From positions 416,001 through 480,000 of the forward strand of contig CAWCLO010000004.1 in NCBI GenBank assembly GCA_963796455.1: a stretch of DNA of 64,000 nucleotides, in the 5' to 3' direction. Under the pieces are notes generated by a model. The model ran no database searches. It saw only the letters and a program-made list of their open reading frames with translations, and was not told the origin of the DNA. The first letter of the stretch is position 1. Every line of letters begins with the position of its first letter. This DNA comes from Candidatus Sulfomarinibacteraceae bacterium. GTDB lineage: Bacteria; Acidobacteriota; Thermoanaerobaculia; Thermoanaerobaculales; Sulfomarinibacteraceae. Position numbers and translations under genes: made by a program. This document shows, one piece after another, positions 9,601 through 19,900 of the stretch.

Positions 9601-11061
9601 GAGCATGGGGTTGAGGCGGTTGAGGTAGTCGACCGTCGAAGGAGTGGGGAGATCGAAGAGAGGCGCCCAGGCCGCTTCGAAGAGCTGGATCTTCTCCGGG
9701 CCGAGATCGCCGTAGAGAATCCGCATGCCCTCCATGGCAGTGGTAACGGCGCCGGCGTACTGGGCACGAGACATCTTATCGGCGTCGAGGAATGGGGCCA
9801 GGGTCGCCGGGGCGATTTCAGCTGCGATCTGCGGTGGGGCGGCTGACGAAGCCTGCCAGGGAAGACCGTCACTTGAAAGGGTGCTCGCGCTGCAGGGGTC
9901 GTCGGTGGGGGAAAACTGAATCTCGGGAATCTGAACCTGCGGGTTTCGGGCCGTCGGAACGGCCGCCGATGTCGGTTGTGCCGATGCCTGTCGCGCGGGC
10001 TTGGTCGGCGCAGCTTCCGACGCCATCCGTTTTTCGACCAACGCGACGTTGTCTGCCGCCAACTGGTATTCAGGGTCGAGGCGCAGCGAAGTCTTGAAGT
10101 CTGCCAGAGCACCCTGCAGATCTCCGGATCGCTGGCGTGCCGATCCGCGGTTGTTGTAGGCGTGTTTGTTGTCCGGGCGAAGCTCGAGATATCGCGTGTA
10201 GTCGTCGATGGCGCCGTCGAGACGATCGAGCTGGCTGCGGGTCCATCCACGATAGAAGAAGGCCAGAGCGAAATCGGACTTCAGCTCGAGGGTCTTGTCG
10301 TAGGCTCTGAGTGCGTCCCGATAGCTCCGCCGAAGTCGCAGCGAATCGGCGAGGGCGTTGTAGGCATAGTGATCACCCGGGTCCACGGCGATGGCTCTTT
10401 TGGCAGAATTGGCCGCTTCCTCGTGACGACCGAGATCGTTGAGGGTGACGGCTTTGTTATCCAGAGCAGGCGTATAGTCTGGATCTGCCTCCAGAGCGCG
10501 CTCAAAATCGGCCAGGGCCTGTCGATATTTACCATCGCGGCGAAGAATCACGCCCCGGTTGAGTAGGGCAAATATGTTTCCAGGATCCAGCTCGATGACG
10601 CGGTTGTAATCAGAGACTGCTGCAAGAGGTTCTCCGAGTGCGGAGTGGGAAACACCTCGGGTGATCAGGAGATTGATGAAATCGGGGTCGACGGCGAGCC
10701 CGCGGTCGGCCCATTGAACGGCCTCCGAGTGACGGTCGAGTTTTTGCAGTGCCATGGCATAGCTGCGATAGGCCTGGGTGTTTTCCGGATCGGCCGCCAG
10801 AGCCCTGTCGTAGTCGGCAAAACAACGGTCGAAGTCGCCGAGTTCGCGATAGGAGAGACCTCGCTTGCGGTATGCCTCGCTGAATTCGGGGTCGATCTCG
10901 AGGGCGCGGTCGAAGCTTTCGATCGCCTGTTGAAAGTGCCCCTGACGGTGCAACCCGACTCCCTGGTCGAAGAGCTCCAGGGCAGTCTGGCTGCAGGCGA
11001 GTCCGCTCCATCCGAGAATGATGACGGCGATCGTGATTGTGGTGGTGATCAGTTGCCTCAT
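6688..11061 (-). CDS. Large secreted TPR-repeat protein (1457 aa) with uncharacterised central and C-terminal domains
   Basis: N-terminal hydrophobic signal, about 9 consecutive 34-aa TPRs, P/A/Q linker, coiled coil, Gly-rich hydrophobic segment. Confidence 0.85.
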   Translation of the reverse strand: MRQLITTTITIAVIILGWSGLACSQTALELFDQGVGLHRQGHFQQAIESFDRALEIDPEFSEAYRKRGLSYRELGDFDRCFADYDRALAADPENTQAYRSYAMALQKLDRHSEAVQWADRGLAVDPDFINLLITRGVSHSALGEPLAAVSDYNRVIELDPGNIFALLNRGVILRRDGKYRQALADFERALEADPDYTPALDNKAVTLNDLGRHEEAANSAKRAIAVDPGDHYAYNALADSLRLRRSYRDALRAYDKTLELKSDFALAFFYRGWTRSQLDRLDGAIDDYTRYLELRPDNKHAYNNRGSARQRSGDLQGALADFKTSLRLDPEYQLAADNVALVEKRMASEAAPTKPARQASAQPTSAAVPTARNPQVQIPEIQFSPTDDPCSASTLSSDGLPWQASSAAPPQIAAEIAPATLAPFLDADKMSRAQYAGAVTTAMEGMRILYGDLGPEKIQLFEAAWAPLFDLPTPSTVDYLNRLNPMLGQFLSGREALTRAAVAAQAAMHDAAYAIAADSSDAWLDAMAVADRQTAVIESLQVGLTEIARKIQELGNPPNPFDERCQARKRFRRALRDDAGSPIDGMWHDADGNWLSVMTVYSPEPEMWVLYVVSQEYMERIAPLDAAGYDVSQADLIEVCPGGGSDCDLLVKEHHHVAGIFDLMLIGKKMPSSDTVVLTSYGTPMGVFGESWNMVADGVADRLEVDVPPAVFGGDPKWEGGRYWRDPHSEPIYCYQHTPERVAAAERFREYALENWNLFFNGNRDLVAQLLQGSAPDPGSPPQSPVVVAAVPPQPTPTRPSAEEDDARRAVDETIAFHDSMANSLERNLEREREELGKEKDPRRRKELALRVLTLQADIQAERDLANSYRAGRIVHTRTPYDDWAQTQFVHNVRENAARVDAARRIAVGVERQIELLPWEQRAAMRARAREILDPATVARGDVEKARKLAGSLNDMVMGHWEGVAAREEEKAIAAQEHEFYAQTVVMTAGSIATGFGSAACAQAFGETAAITLWSPQILGGVYGGITGTIAGGPYEGVTNAISDASPLGALSVQFVQGWRQGMTNPNADWRDGLWQGAKNAGYAYATSKAFQLGATLTARGALAVFGKNSRLFRPVGWQRPTVQQQFAAAKFQQDMDDAQSLVDHFRDSQITLMQARTRYPAGSAELAAAERQVAELATSLNSSFHCKWMLKYKAHPSVRRAFSRAINQSYDDMMPEFERQLTELGYDTSNLRFRPVRNASSAGTSSMDLDLAMDEPDGLEIIRIDPETGARTVVDVAQFQDDAQRALNRAYHTTTGFSAVRSEVNLTTSAHSESFSSRALLRERVDFSRVAPGDVADVGRVVEVKGNKIADDPVMSPIAKIQGRCRESAKEIDNMLLKKLRQDLAAAPPGSPQAQQIAADIRYWEDMATRMRQIGAEETDPYRILTLERELRQETGGLGTAEVAQELASTFRRMGE

Positions 11062-11243
11062 GGGGCCTCCGCCGAGCGTATCAACTCACATGTTTTTGAG
11101 ATTTTGTCGCCTTGGTAACCGTTTTCGTCATGTTGATTCATTGTAGCGCCGCGTTGCGCTCTACGTGACGGCACTCTGGGGGAGACCGAAGGTCGTTTCT
11201 TTTGACTATTATTCATTTTTTTCAATTAAATTTTAATGTTAAA

Positions 11244-11285
11244 CAATAAATTTTTATTGACAAACAGTATTTTGAATTTTATGAT
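11244..11285 (+). promoter_or_regulatory. Sigma70-type promoter with overlapping palindromic operator
   Basis: TTGACA (11257-11262), 17-bp spacer, TATGAT (11280-11285). Inverted repeat CAATAAA-TT-TTTATTG (11244-11259) overlaps the -35 box. Confidence 0.75.
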
Positions 11286-11340
11286 GTGTGGTGTCAGCCG
11301 GACCGCTCAAACCAACGAGGTCCACGAAAGGAAACACATC

Positions 11341-11892
11341 ATGGAACACAACCCGATCTACAAACCGCTGCAGACGGCTCTCCGGTTCTACGCGATTCTG
11401 TTTTCAGCGATCGTCATTTTTCAGGGGACGGGCCTGGTCATGTACCTGGTCAACGTCTGGCCGACGTATCGCTCGCAAGTGTCCAGCGGGCTGGCAATGC
11501 TGCTGGTGGGAGCCGTGGTCATGGGCTTCACCCGCTCATTTGTCTGGATCTCGATCTATTGGAAGGGATCCAAGGCGCTCTCGTTACTTCGGGATGAAGC
11601 GGATTCGCCGGCCGGAGCGCATGCTCTGACCGTCGTGCTCTCGAGCTTGACCCGGCTTCTGGTCGCAAGCTGCATCCTGGATGTTCTTTTTCTCCCGGCC
11701 TATTTCCTGAGCGACGTGGTCCTTCCGTTCCCGCTCGCAGGGTGGCGTCTCGGCGTCGTCGAGGTGGCCAGATTGCTTTTCCCGCAGGCCTTCGGAATCT
11801 CGGCTCTGATCCTGGCTTTTCTGACCCACCAATATGGCCAGCTCTTCAAAGAGCGGAGCGAGCTCAAGAACGAGCTCGATCTCACGATCTGA
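11341..11892 (+). CDS. DUF2975 family membrane protein
   Basis: Four TM segments, C-terminal LKNELDLTI signature, adjacent to an Xre-HTH gene as is typical for this family. Confidence 0.8.
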   Translation: MEHNPIYKPLQTALRFYAILFSAIVIFQGTGLVMYLVNVWPTYRSQVSSGLAMLLVGAVVMGFTRSFVWISIYWKGSKALSLLRDEADSPAGAHALTVVLSSLTRLLVASCILDVLFLPAYFLSDVVLPFPLAGWRLGVVEVARLLFPQAFGISALILAFLTHQYGQLFKERSELKNELDLTI

Positions 11893-11901
11893 GGTGATGT
11901 G

Positions 11902-12111
11902 ATGGCAATCATCGTCAACCTCGACGTGCAGCTGGCCAAGCGCAAGATGAAGCTCAATGAGCTCTCGGAAAGGGTCGGCATCTCAATTCAGAACCTGTCG
12001 GTGCTCAAGACCGGCAAGGCCAGGGCCATCAGGTTTTCGACCCTCGACAAGCTGTGTCGTGCACTCGAGTGCACGCCAGGCGATCTGTTGGAGTACCAGG
12101 CGAAGGACTGA
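11902..12111 (+). CDS. Xre/Cro-family HTH transcriptional regulator (YozG-like)
   Basis: MAIIVNLDV.LAKRKM.L.ELSERVGI..NLS.LKTGKARAIRFSTL..LC..L.C.PGDLLEY. Confidence 0.93.
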   Translation: MAIIVNLDVQLAKRKMKLNELSERVGISIQNLSVLKTGKARAIRFSTLDKLCRALECTPGDLLEYQAKD

Positions 12112-12171
12112 TCTTTCGCAGATCCGGAACAGATCGGGGCTTTTCGAGATTTACCCTCTCGAGGGGTCATC

Positions 12172-15076
12172 ATGCAGCTTGAACGGGGGACGCGCTTAGG
12201 CGATTACGAAATCAGTGAGCCCATCGGCTCCGGCGGGATGGGCGAGGTCTATCGAGCCCACGACACAAAGCTCGACCGCGATGTGGCGATCAAGGTGCTT
12301 CCGGGTGAGGTTGCCGATGACGCGAGCCGGCGAGCGCGCTTTGAACGCGAGGCCAAATCGGTGGCGGCGCTGAACCACGAAAACATCGTCACCATCCACA
12401 CCATCGGCGAGGAGGAGGGGATTCACTACCTCGCGATGGAGTTGGTGGAAGGGGACACTCTGGCCCAGCGGATTCCGGAGGACGGACTGGCGACGGATGA
12501 TCTGTTGGCGTTGGCTGTGCCGGTCGCCTCAGCGCTTGCGGCCGCCCACGCCAAGGGCATCATCCATCGTGACCTCAAACCCGCCAACGTGATGGTCACC
12601 AACCAGGGCAAGGTCAAGGTGCTCGATTTCGGTCTCGCCAAGCTGGCGACCTCGGGCGATGATGCCCCGGAGCCGGCCAGCGAAGAAAGTGAGACCGCCA
12701 CCATGACCCTTCAGACCCGGGCGGGGACGGTGGTGGGGACCATGCCCTACATGTCGCCTGAGCAGCTCTCGGGCAAGGGGGTCGGTCCGGCCTCGGATCT
12801 CTTTTCATTCGGTGTGATGCTCTACGAAATGGCCACCGGAAAACGGCCTTTCAAGGGCAGCACCGGTCCGACCCTGATCTCTTCGATTCTCACCGAAAAA
12901 CCGCAACCGGTTGGTGAGTTGAGCCCCGCACTGCCTGATGCCCTGGGCGAGTTGATCGAACGATGTCTCTCCAAGGACCCCGACGGAAGACCGGAAGGTG
13001 CTGTGCAAGTCGGCGCTGAACTGCAGGCGCTTCGAGGAGGCTCGTCTATCTCCGGCGTCGAAATTCGTACTGCCTCGCGTCCGGCCGCGCGGTGGGCTCG
13101 CATCGCAGTTGCCGCCGTCGTAGTTGCACTCATTGCTCTCGGAGCAGTCTGGTTCGGGGGCAAGGCCAAAAAGGAACGCTGGGCGCGGAACGTGGCTTTG
13201 CCGGAGGTCCAGCGGCTCTTCGACGAGGGTGACCACGACGGCGCGTTTCGCCTGTTGCGTGAAGCGGCACTGGTCATTCCCGATGATCCGCTGCTGGCGC
13301 AGATCGAGCACGGCAACATGATGCCGGCGCTGATCGAGACCGAGCCTTCTGGTGCCGAGGTCTTCATCAACAGCTTTGCCGACCTCGGTCGCCCCTGGGT
13401 CAAGCTCGGTACCACTCCTGTGCAGCCCATGATTCCAGTGGACCTTTTCCGGTTTCGAGTCGTGCGCGAAGGCTACGAGACCTTCGAGGCATCGGGCTTG
13501 AACCTCGCCGAGAAGGTCATGGTCGAGCTGACCCCGGAAGGCTCCGCTCCTCGCGGCATGGTTCGCATTCCCCGGGGCAGCGCCGTTTTGGGTGACCCGC
13601 GCCCGGTGGCACTGGATGCTTTCTGGCTCGATCGATACGAGGTGACCAACGCTCAGTTCAAAGAGTTTGTCGATGCGGGTGGATATGGCGATCAGAGCTA
13701 TTGGCAGGAGCCGATCGTGATCGACGGGCGCGAGGCCTCCTGGGAGCAGGCGGAGGAACTCTTCGTCGACACCACGGGTCGTCCCGGCCCCGCCGCCTGG
13801 GAGCTCGGCTCATTCCCCGAAGGCGCTGCAGATCACCCGGTGGGTGGTGTGAGCTGGTACGAAGCGGCGGCCTTTGCGGTCTGGGCCGGAAAGACCCTGC
13901 CGACTGTCTTTCACTGGCGCCGGGCCGCGGAGCAGGGAATTCTGTCGGACATCATCACAGTCAGCAACTTCGACGGTGAGGGCACGGTGCCGGTGGGCAG
14001 TTCTGGCGGGATCGGCCGGTACGGAACCTACGACATGGCCGGGAATGTCAGGGAGTGGTGCGTGAACGCTCTCGGCACAGCCCGGTACAGCCTGGGTGGA
14101 GCCTGGTCCGACCCCGGCTACCGGTATCGCGACGCAGACGCCGACGATCCGCTCGATCGCGCACCGAAGAATGGATTTCGTTGTATGAAGACCGACGTGC
14201 CGTTGGCCGCAAAAACGGTGGTGGCGGTCGATGCCCCCGTCTATGACTTTGCCGAATCCGAACCGGTCAGCGACGAGATCTTCGAGGTTTTGTTGAGTCA
14301 GTTCGCTTATGACCGGACCGATCTCGATGCCCGAGTTGAGGCGGTGGATGAGAGCTCCGAATTCTGGCGTAAGGAGCGGGTCACATTTGCGGCAGCCTAC
14401 GGCGACGAGCGGGTTCCGGCCAACCTCTACCTGCCGAAAAACGCCACTCCACCATTTCAGACCGTGGTCTTCTTTCCGAGCTCCGCGGCCCTCGCCGTCG
14501 ACAACAGCGTCAACCCGGCCCTTTTCATCGTCGACTTCATCATCCGCAGTGGGCGAGCGCTCATGTTCCCAATCTATGATGGCACTTTTGAGAGAAGGAA
14601 GGAGAACTCGGGCCCCATTGCGACTCGTGACCTTATCCTCCGGCAGAGTAAGGACATGGGGCGCGCCATCGACTACCTCGAAACGCGCGACGACATCGAT
14701 ACCGACAAGTTGGCATTCTGCGGTCTGAGCTGGGGCGCGGCCTGGGGCCCGATCTACACGGCGGTGGAGGACCGTTTCAAGGCCAGCGTGCTTCTGGCCG
14801 GCGGCATGGGTCGTTACTCGCCCGATCGCCCTCCGGAATCGATTCCGCTCAACTTCATGCCGCGCTCGACGGTGCCGGTCCTGATGGTCAACGGCAGCGA
14901 GGATTTCCTCGGACCCGGTGGAGACCGAGATCAAACCCATGTTCGACTTCCAGGGCGCGCCACCCGAGCACAAAAAGCTCGTCGTACTCGAAGGCGGCCA
15001 CGTGCCCGACAAACCCAAGGAATTCGTCCGCGCCGCCCTCGATTGGCTCGATCTCTACCTCGGCCCGGTGAACTGA
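12172..15076 (+). CDS. Ser/Thr kinase + FGE-sulfatase-like domain + C-terminal alpha/beta hydrolase fusion (apparent +1 frameshift near 14910)
   Basis: Kinase motifs; [26 protein letters not shown] and GFRC (FGE domain); GLSWG nucleophile. The natural-looking end (..[17 protein letters not shown]) lies in the +1 frame and stops at 15076. Confidence 0.85.
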
Positions 15077-15325
15077 ATCGTCGGAGATCCTGAAGAGATC
15101 GAACGAGAATCTCCAATAATAGGTAGGGCGAGCGTGTCTGCGTAGCAGGTTGGCAACGGGAGGGTCTCGGCGCCCTTCGGCGGGTTCCAGCCGTTAAATG
15201 AATTCAACACCGGTCGCTCCATTCCCGGATGTGACCACTCAATGCGCAGCTCATCCTCGGTGTGAGCATTCGGTCTCGGATTCCACCGTTCAATAGAGTC
15301 GAGTCAGAAAATGACGCGGTGATCC

Positions 15326-15355
15326 TTGACAATCGATTTTGAATATCAGTATCTT
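15326..15355 (+). promoter_or_regulatory. Candidate sigma70 promoter for the LuxR-type regulator
   Basis: TTGACA (15326-15331), 18-bp spacer, TATCTT (15350-15355), in an AT-rich patch. Confidence 0.45.
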
Positions 15356-15556
15356 TATACAAACATCAAAAGAAAGATATCAGTGTCGGCCGCCAAGACC
15401 ACCGAAGTTGGCGTCGCTGTCGACGGGCTTCCGGCGGGTCCGTATTCGCGCCGGGGGGAGACCCGATGGCGAACGACCGGACGGCACGTTTTCGATGGAG
15501 CCCGATCGATGCTCTCATTTTGAGGGGATCGCACGGGAAATTTGGGGAGGGCTGTG

Positions 15557-16762
15557 ATGCTCGCCTCTGAGGAAACCGTCCTCGGCGTCATCGACTCGCT
15601 CTACGGTGCTTCAACTGATCCAATGAAATGGACTTCCGCGCTTGAAACGATGGCCGGGGTTTTCAACGCCTGCGCCATGACTTTGCTGCAGAGCACCGCG
15701 AACGGCGAGGGGGCGGTCTTTGCGTCGTCAGGCATCAGCCAGGAGATGGGAGCTGTTTACGACAGCTACTACTCGACCAAGGATCTCACCGTGCGGGCGG
15801 CGATGGCGTTGCCCGTAGGGACCTTTGCGGGGTCGGATAAATTGATTTCAACCAAGGACTGGAACCGCAACGAAATGGTCGCCGATCTCTTGCTTCCAAA
15901 TGGTCTCTACCGTGTTGCGGGCAGTGTTTTGTTGCGAGATGAACGTGGTTTTGCCAGTCTCGGAATGCACAGACCTCGAAGCGGACCCGAGTTCGACGAA
16001 CACGACGAGCGCCTCTATCTCGTCATCCAGCCCCATTTGCAGCGAGCGCTCGAGGTCACCCGCAAGCTTGGCGGCGTAGTGGAGGAACGGGACGCTCTCG
16101 CCGACAGCATCGACCGGTTGACGACCGGAGTCGTGATCCTCGACGGCGAGGGGAAGATCCTCCACGCCAATCGAGCCGCGAGAGAGCTTGCAGCAACGAA
16201 TGATGGGTTGACTCTTACCCGACTGGGCCCCGCCGGAGCCCGCAGTGGAGATACCTCGTCACTTCGCAAGAGGATCTCCGAGGCGTGTTCATCGGAAGGA
16301 TCCATTTGGTGCAACTCCCCCTGCCGCGCAATTCGATTGGAACGACCCTCAGGCAGAAGATCTCTCGAAGTTCTTGCCGTGCCGCTCCGACGGGCGGCTT
16401 CCCCGATTGGTCATCGCGCAGGAAAGGTAGCTCTCTTCATTACAGATCCAGAGCTTGAGGCGACGCCGCCGAATGGGTGGCTTCGCCAGCTCTACGGTCT
16501 GACACGGGCGGAGGCGAGGATCGCCGTTTCGCTGGCCAACGGTTTGAGCCTGACCGAGACGGCCGATCGGCTCAGTGTGACTCGAAATACGGTGCGCACC
16601 CATCTCCAGCGCGCCATGTCGAAGACTGACACCCGCCGCCAGGGCGAGTTGATCGGGCTGGTGTTGGGCGGGCCGGCTGGGTTGGTGAATCCGCGGGAAC
16701 TCATGACTTCGGTGGTTCCTTCCCTGGAAACTTTTGAGATTTCGCAACTCCGTAACCCCTGA
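15557..16762 (+). CDS. LuxR-type HTH transcriptional regulator with GAF/PAS-like N-terminal region
   Basis: C-terminal YGLTRAEARIA..LANG..ETA..L.V..NTVRTHL; central PHLQRAL and PAS-like GVVILD..GKILHAN. Confidence 0.88.
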   Translation: MLASEETVLGVIDSLYGASTDPMKWTSALETMAGVFNACAMTLLQSTANGEGAVFASSGISQEMGAVYDSYYSTKDLTVRAAMALPVGTFAGSDKLISTKDWNRNEMVADLLLPNGLYRVAGSVLLRDERGFASLGMHRPRSGPEFDEHDERLYLVIQPHLQRALEVTRKLGGVVEERDALADSIDRLTTGVVILDGEGKILHANRAARELAATNDGLTLTRLGPAGARSGDTSSLRKRISEACSSEGSIWCNSPCRAIRLERPSGRRSLEVLAVPLRRAASPIGHRAGKVALFITDPELEATPPNGWLRQLYGLTRAEARIAVSLANGLSLTETADRLSVTRNTVRTHLQRAMSKTDTRRQGELIGLVLGGPAGLVNPRELMTSVVPSLETFEISQLRNP

Positions 16763-16782
16763 TCACAGAATCTTCCGGAACC

Positions 16783-16798
16783 TCATCCAAATGGATGA
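16783..16798. promoter_or_regulatory. Perfect 7-bp inverted repeat, candidate operator
   Basis: TCATCCA-AA-TGGATGA, between the LuxR-type gene and the adhesin-like gene. Confidence 0.55.
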
Positions 16799-16902
16799 CG
16801 CGCATCGTCGATGACTGCCGCATAGTTGAGATAGAAAATCAGGACTACAGCTCATAACCGGGATCGGTCTCCGATCCCAACCACGACTCGAGGGGGTTAC
16901 CG

Positions 16903-19900
16903 GTGAAACACGCATCCAAATGCGCCATGTGCTCGCATCGCGGCGATTGTGCTTCTCGTTTCTGCGGGTCCAGTTGCCGCCCAGACCAGTAACGGACCCT
17001 TCGCGTACGTTACGAATCAGGGTGACGGAAATGTCACCGTTATCGACGTTTCAAATCCATCGGTGACCTACCCCGTAGCCGTCGGAACCGGACCTGGCGG
17101 GGTCGCCATCACCCCGGACGGGTCGCGTGCTTTCGTCACCAACCAGCAGGACGACACGGTCTCGGTCATCGATACCGGGACAACGTCGGTTGGCACGCCC
17201 ATCTCGGTTGGCGATAACCCGTTCTTGCTTGCGATCACGCCTGACGGGAGTCGAGCCTATATCCCCAATTATGGAAACGGTTCGGTCTCGGTGATCGACA
17301 CATCGTCGAATGCGGTAATCAACACAATCAACGTTGGAGGTAGGCCATGGGAGGCGGCGGTGACCCCGGACGGTACTCGGGTCTTCGTCGTGCACTTCAC
17401 CACCGCTCTTGTTTCCGTCATTGATACGACAGGTAACACCGTAGTTCGCACCATTTCTGTTGGGAACTTCCCCAACGGCATCGCATTCACACCGGACGGC
17501 ACGACCGCCTTTGTGACCAACTCGCAAGACGACACCGTGTCGGTGATCAACACGGTTGATTATTCGCTCGGTACACCGATCGTGGTCGGCACCGACCCAG
17601 CCGGGATCTGTGTGTCGCCGAACGGTGTCAGCCTATACGTCGCCAACCGAGGCGACAACACAGTGTCGGTGATCGACACCGCCTCGAATTTGGTCATCGA
17701 CACAGTCATCGTCGGCTCAGGGCCCCGGCGGGTCGCCGCAACTCCGTCGGGTGATCAGGTTTATGTGGTCAATCAGAGCTCCGCTGATGTTTCCATCATC
17801 GACGTGGCCATCAACCTCGTGGTCGACACAGTGCCGGTGGGCTCGAATCCCCACGGCATCGCCATCGGACCGGCAGATTCGGATGGCGACGGAGTGGTGG
17901 ATGATCTGGATACGTGTCCGCTCGACCCCAATGACGATATCGATGGCGACGGCGTGTGCGGCGATATCGACAACTGCGCCGGCGTTTGGAACCAAGACCA
18001 GTTGGACAGCGATTTCGACGGCACGGGCAACGCCTGCGAACCTGCTCCTGCTCCCGGCTCCCGCGCCTACGCGACGAGCCAGGACGACGGTACGGTATCG
18101 GTCATTGATACTGCGTCCAACACCGTGACCCACACCCTGTCGCTCGGTTCCGGGCCGCGCGAGATATCGATCGCACCCAACGGGCGGTTCGCCTACATCT
18201 CGAAACTCGGCAGCTCGCTGCTCGTTCTCGACACCACGACTCACGTGATCACCGCGGCTATCAACGTCGGCCCTTCCCCCACCGATATCGTGTTCACGCC
18301 GGATGGAGCACTCGCCTACGTGGCGGTGGAGAACTCCGACTCGGTGGCGGTTGTGGATACCGCGACCAATGTGGTCACGCACATTCCTGTTGGAGACAAT
18401 CCTTCGAGTCTGGCGATCTCTCGAGACAGCACAACGCTGCTGGCAAGCAACGTCGTGGACGACTCAGTGACGGTTGTCGACACAACAGACCGGAGCGTCG
18501 TGGCCACCATCGCGGTGGGCGATTGGCCGCGCGGAATCGCCATCACTCATGATGGACGCAAGGCTTACGTTGCGAACCAGTCGTCACACGATGTCTCGGT
18601 CATCGACCTGACATCGAACACGGTTCGGTCGACGCTCACGGGTTTTAACGGACCGACGAAGATCACACTCACACCCGACGGCACCGAGGCGTGGGTCTCA
18701 AATCTTTCCGGCACCGTGTCGGTGATCGATACCTCGACCGACGTCGTGGCCTCGACCATTTCTGTGGGCATCAACCCCTGGCAAATCGCCTTCTCACCGG
18801 ACGGCGCCTCTGCCTACGTAGTCAATCAGAACTCGCACGACGTATCCGTTATCGATGCCGTCACCCACACCTCGATCACCGCCATCCCGATCGGTCATAA
18901 CTCGATCGGCATCGCCGTGATCCCCGAGACCCCGGTCGGATCCGCACGACGCGTCTACTGGACCGACACGAAAATCCGGCGGTTTGACACCAACGGTTCA
19001 AATCAGGAAATCCTCGCCACCACCCCGAACCCGAACTCGGTCGAGATCGACAACCAAAACGGAAAAATGTACTGGTTCGAAAACACCGCGACGCCCAAGA
19101 TCAACAAGTCCGATCTCGACGGTTCAAACATCGTGGAGGTCATGACGGTGCCGGGCTACATTTCAGACCTCGCTCTGGACACGGTCAATGATGCGATCTA
19201 TTGGTCCCTCTGGTATCCGACGCCCGATGCCGGAATCTACCGGACACAACTCGACGGATTCGCCGAGGAGTTGGTTATCGCGCCAAGCGGCCTGGTGAAC
19301 TCCATTGCGTTGGATGTGGCCCGTGACGCGATGTTTTTTACCTCGTACATCGGAGGGGTGGGGTACGTGTATCGCTGCGATCTCGATGGCGCAAACCCGG
19401 GAGCTTCTCTTTTCGGCCCCTTCGACCGTCGGACGACCTCTTTACGTGGCTGTCGATCTCGCGACTGGGACGCCCTACTGGATCAACGAGGATGGTCAAT
19501 TCATGCGGTATCCCGACGGCGCCGCTGGTCCCGAGTCGATCATTTCCGGTGCGGTCGGAGCCATCGGTCTAGCGATCGATGGAGTGGGAGACAGGATTTA
19601 TTGGTCAGAGGCGGCGAACCACACGATCCGTCGGGCCAGGCTCGACGGGCTCGGCATCGGCGACGTGAAGGATTTCGGTTCCTCGATCTGGCCTTATAGC
19701 ATTTCACTCGAGGTCTCGGTAGACAGCGATGGTGACGGAGTGGCCGACCATTGGGATGCCTGCCCCGCCGATCCGGACAACGATCTCGACGGGGATGGTT
19801 TGTGCGGTGATGTTGATAGCTGTCCCTTCGACCCTGAGAACGATTCCGATGGCGACGGGATTTGCGGCGATATCGACGTTTGTTCCTTCGACCCGGAGAA

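Noticed and set aside
19395..19405. Programmed ribosomal frameshifting or phase variation at the indel sites
   Set aside because: None of the sites has a canonical slippery heptamer or a long homopolymer/SSR tract; several unrelated genes are affected, which favours sequencing error.
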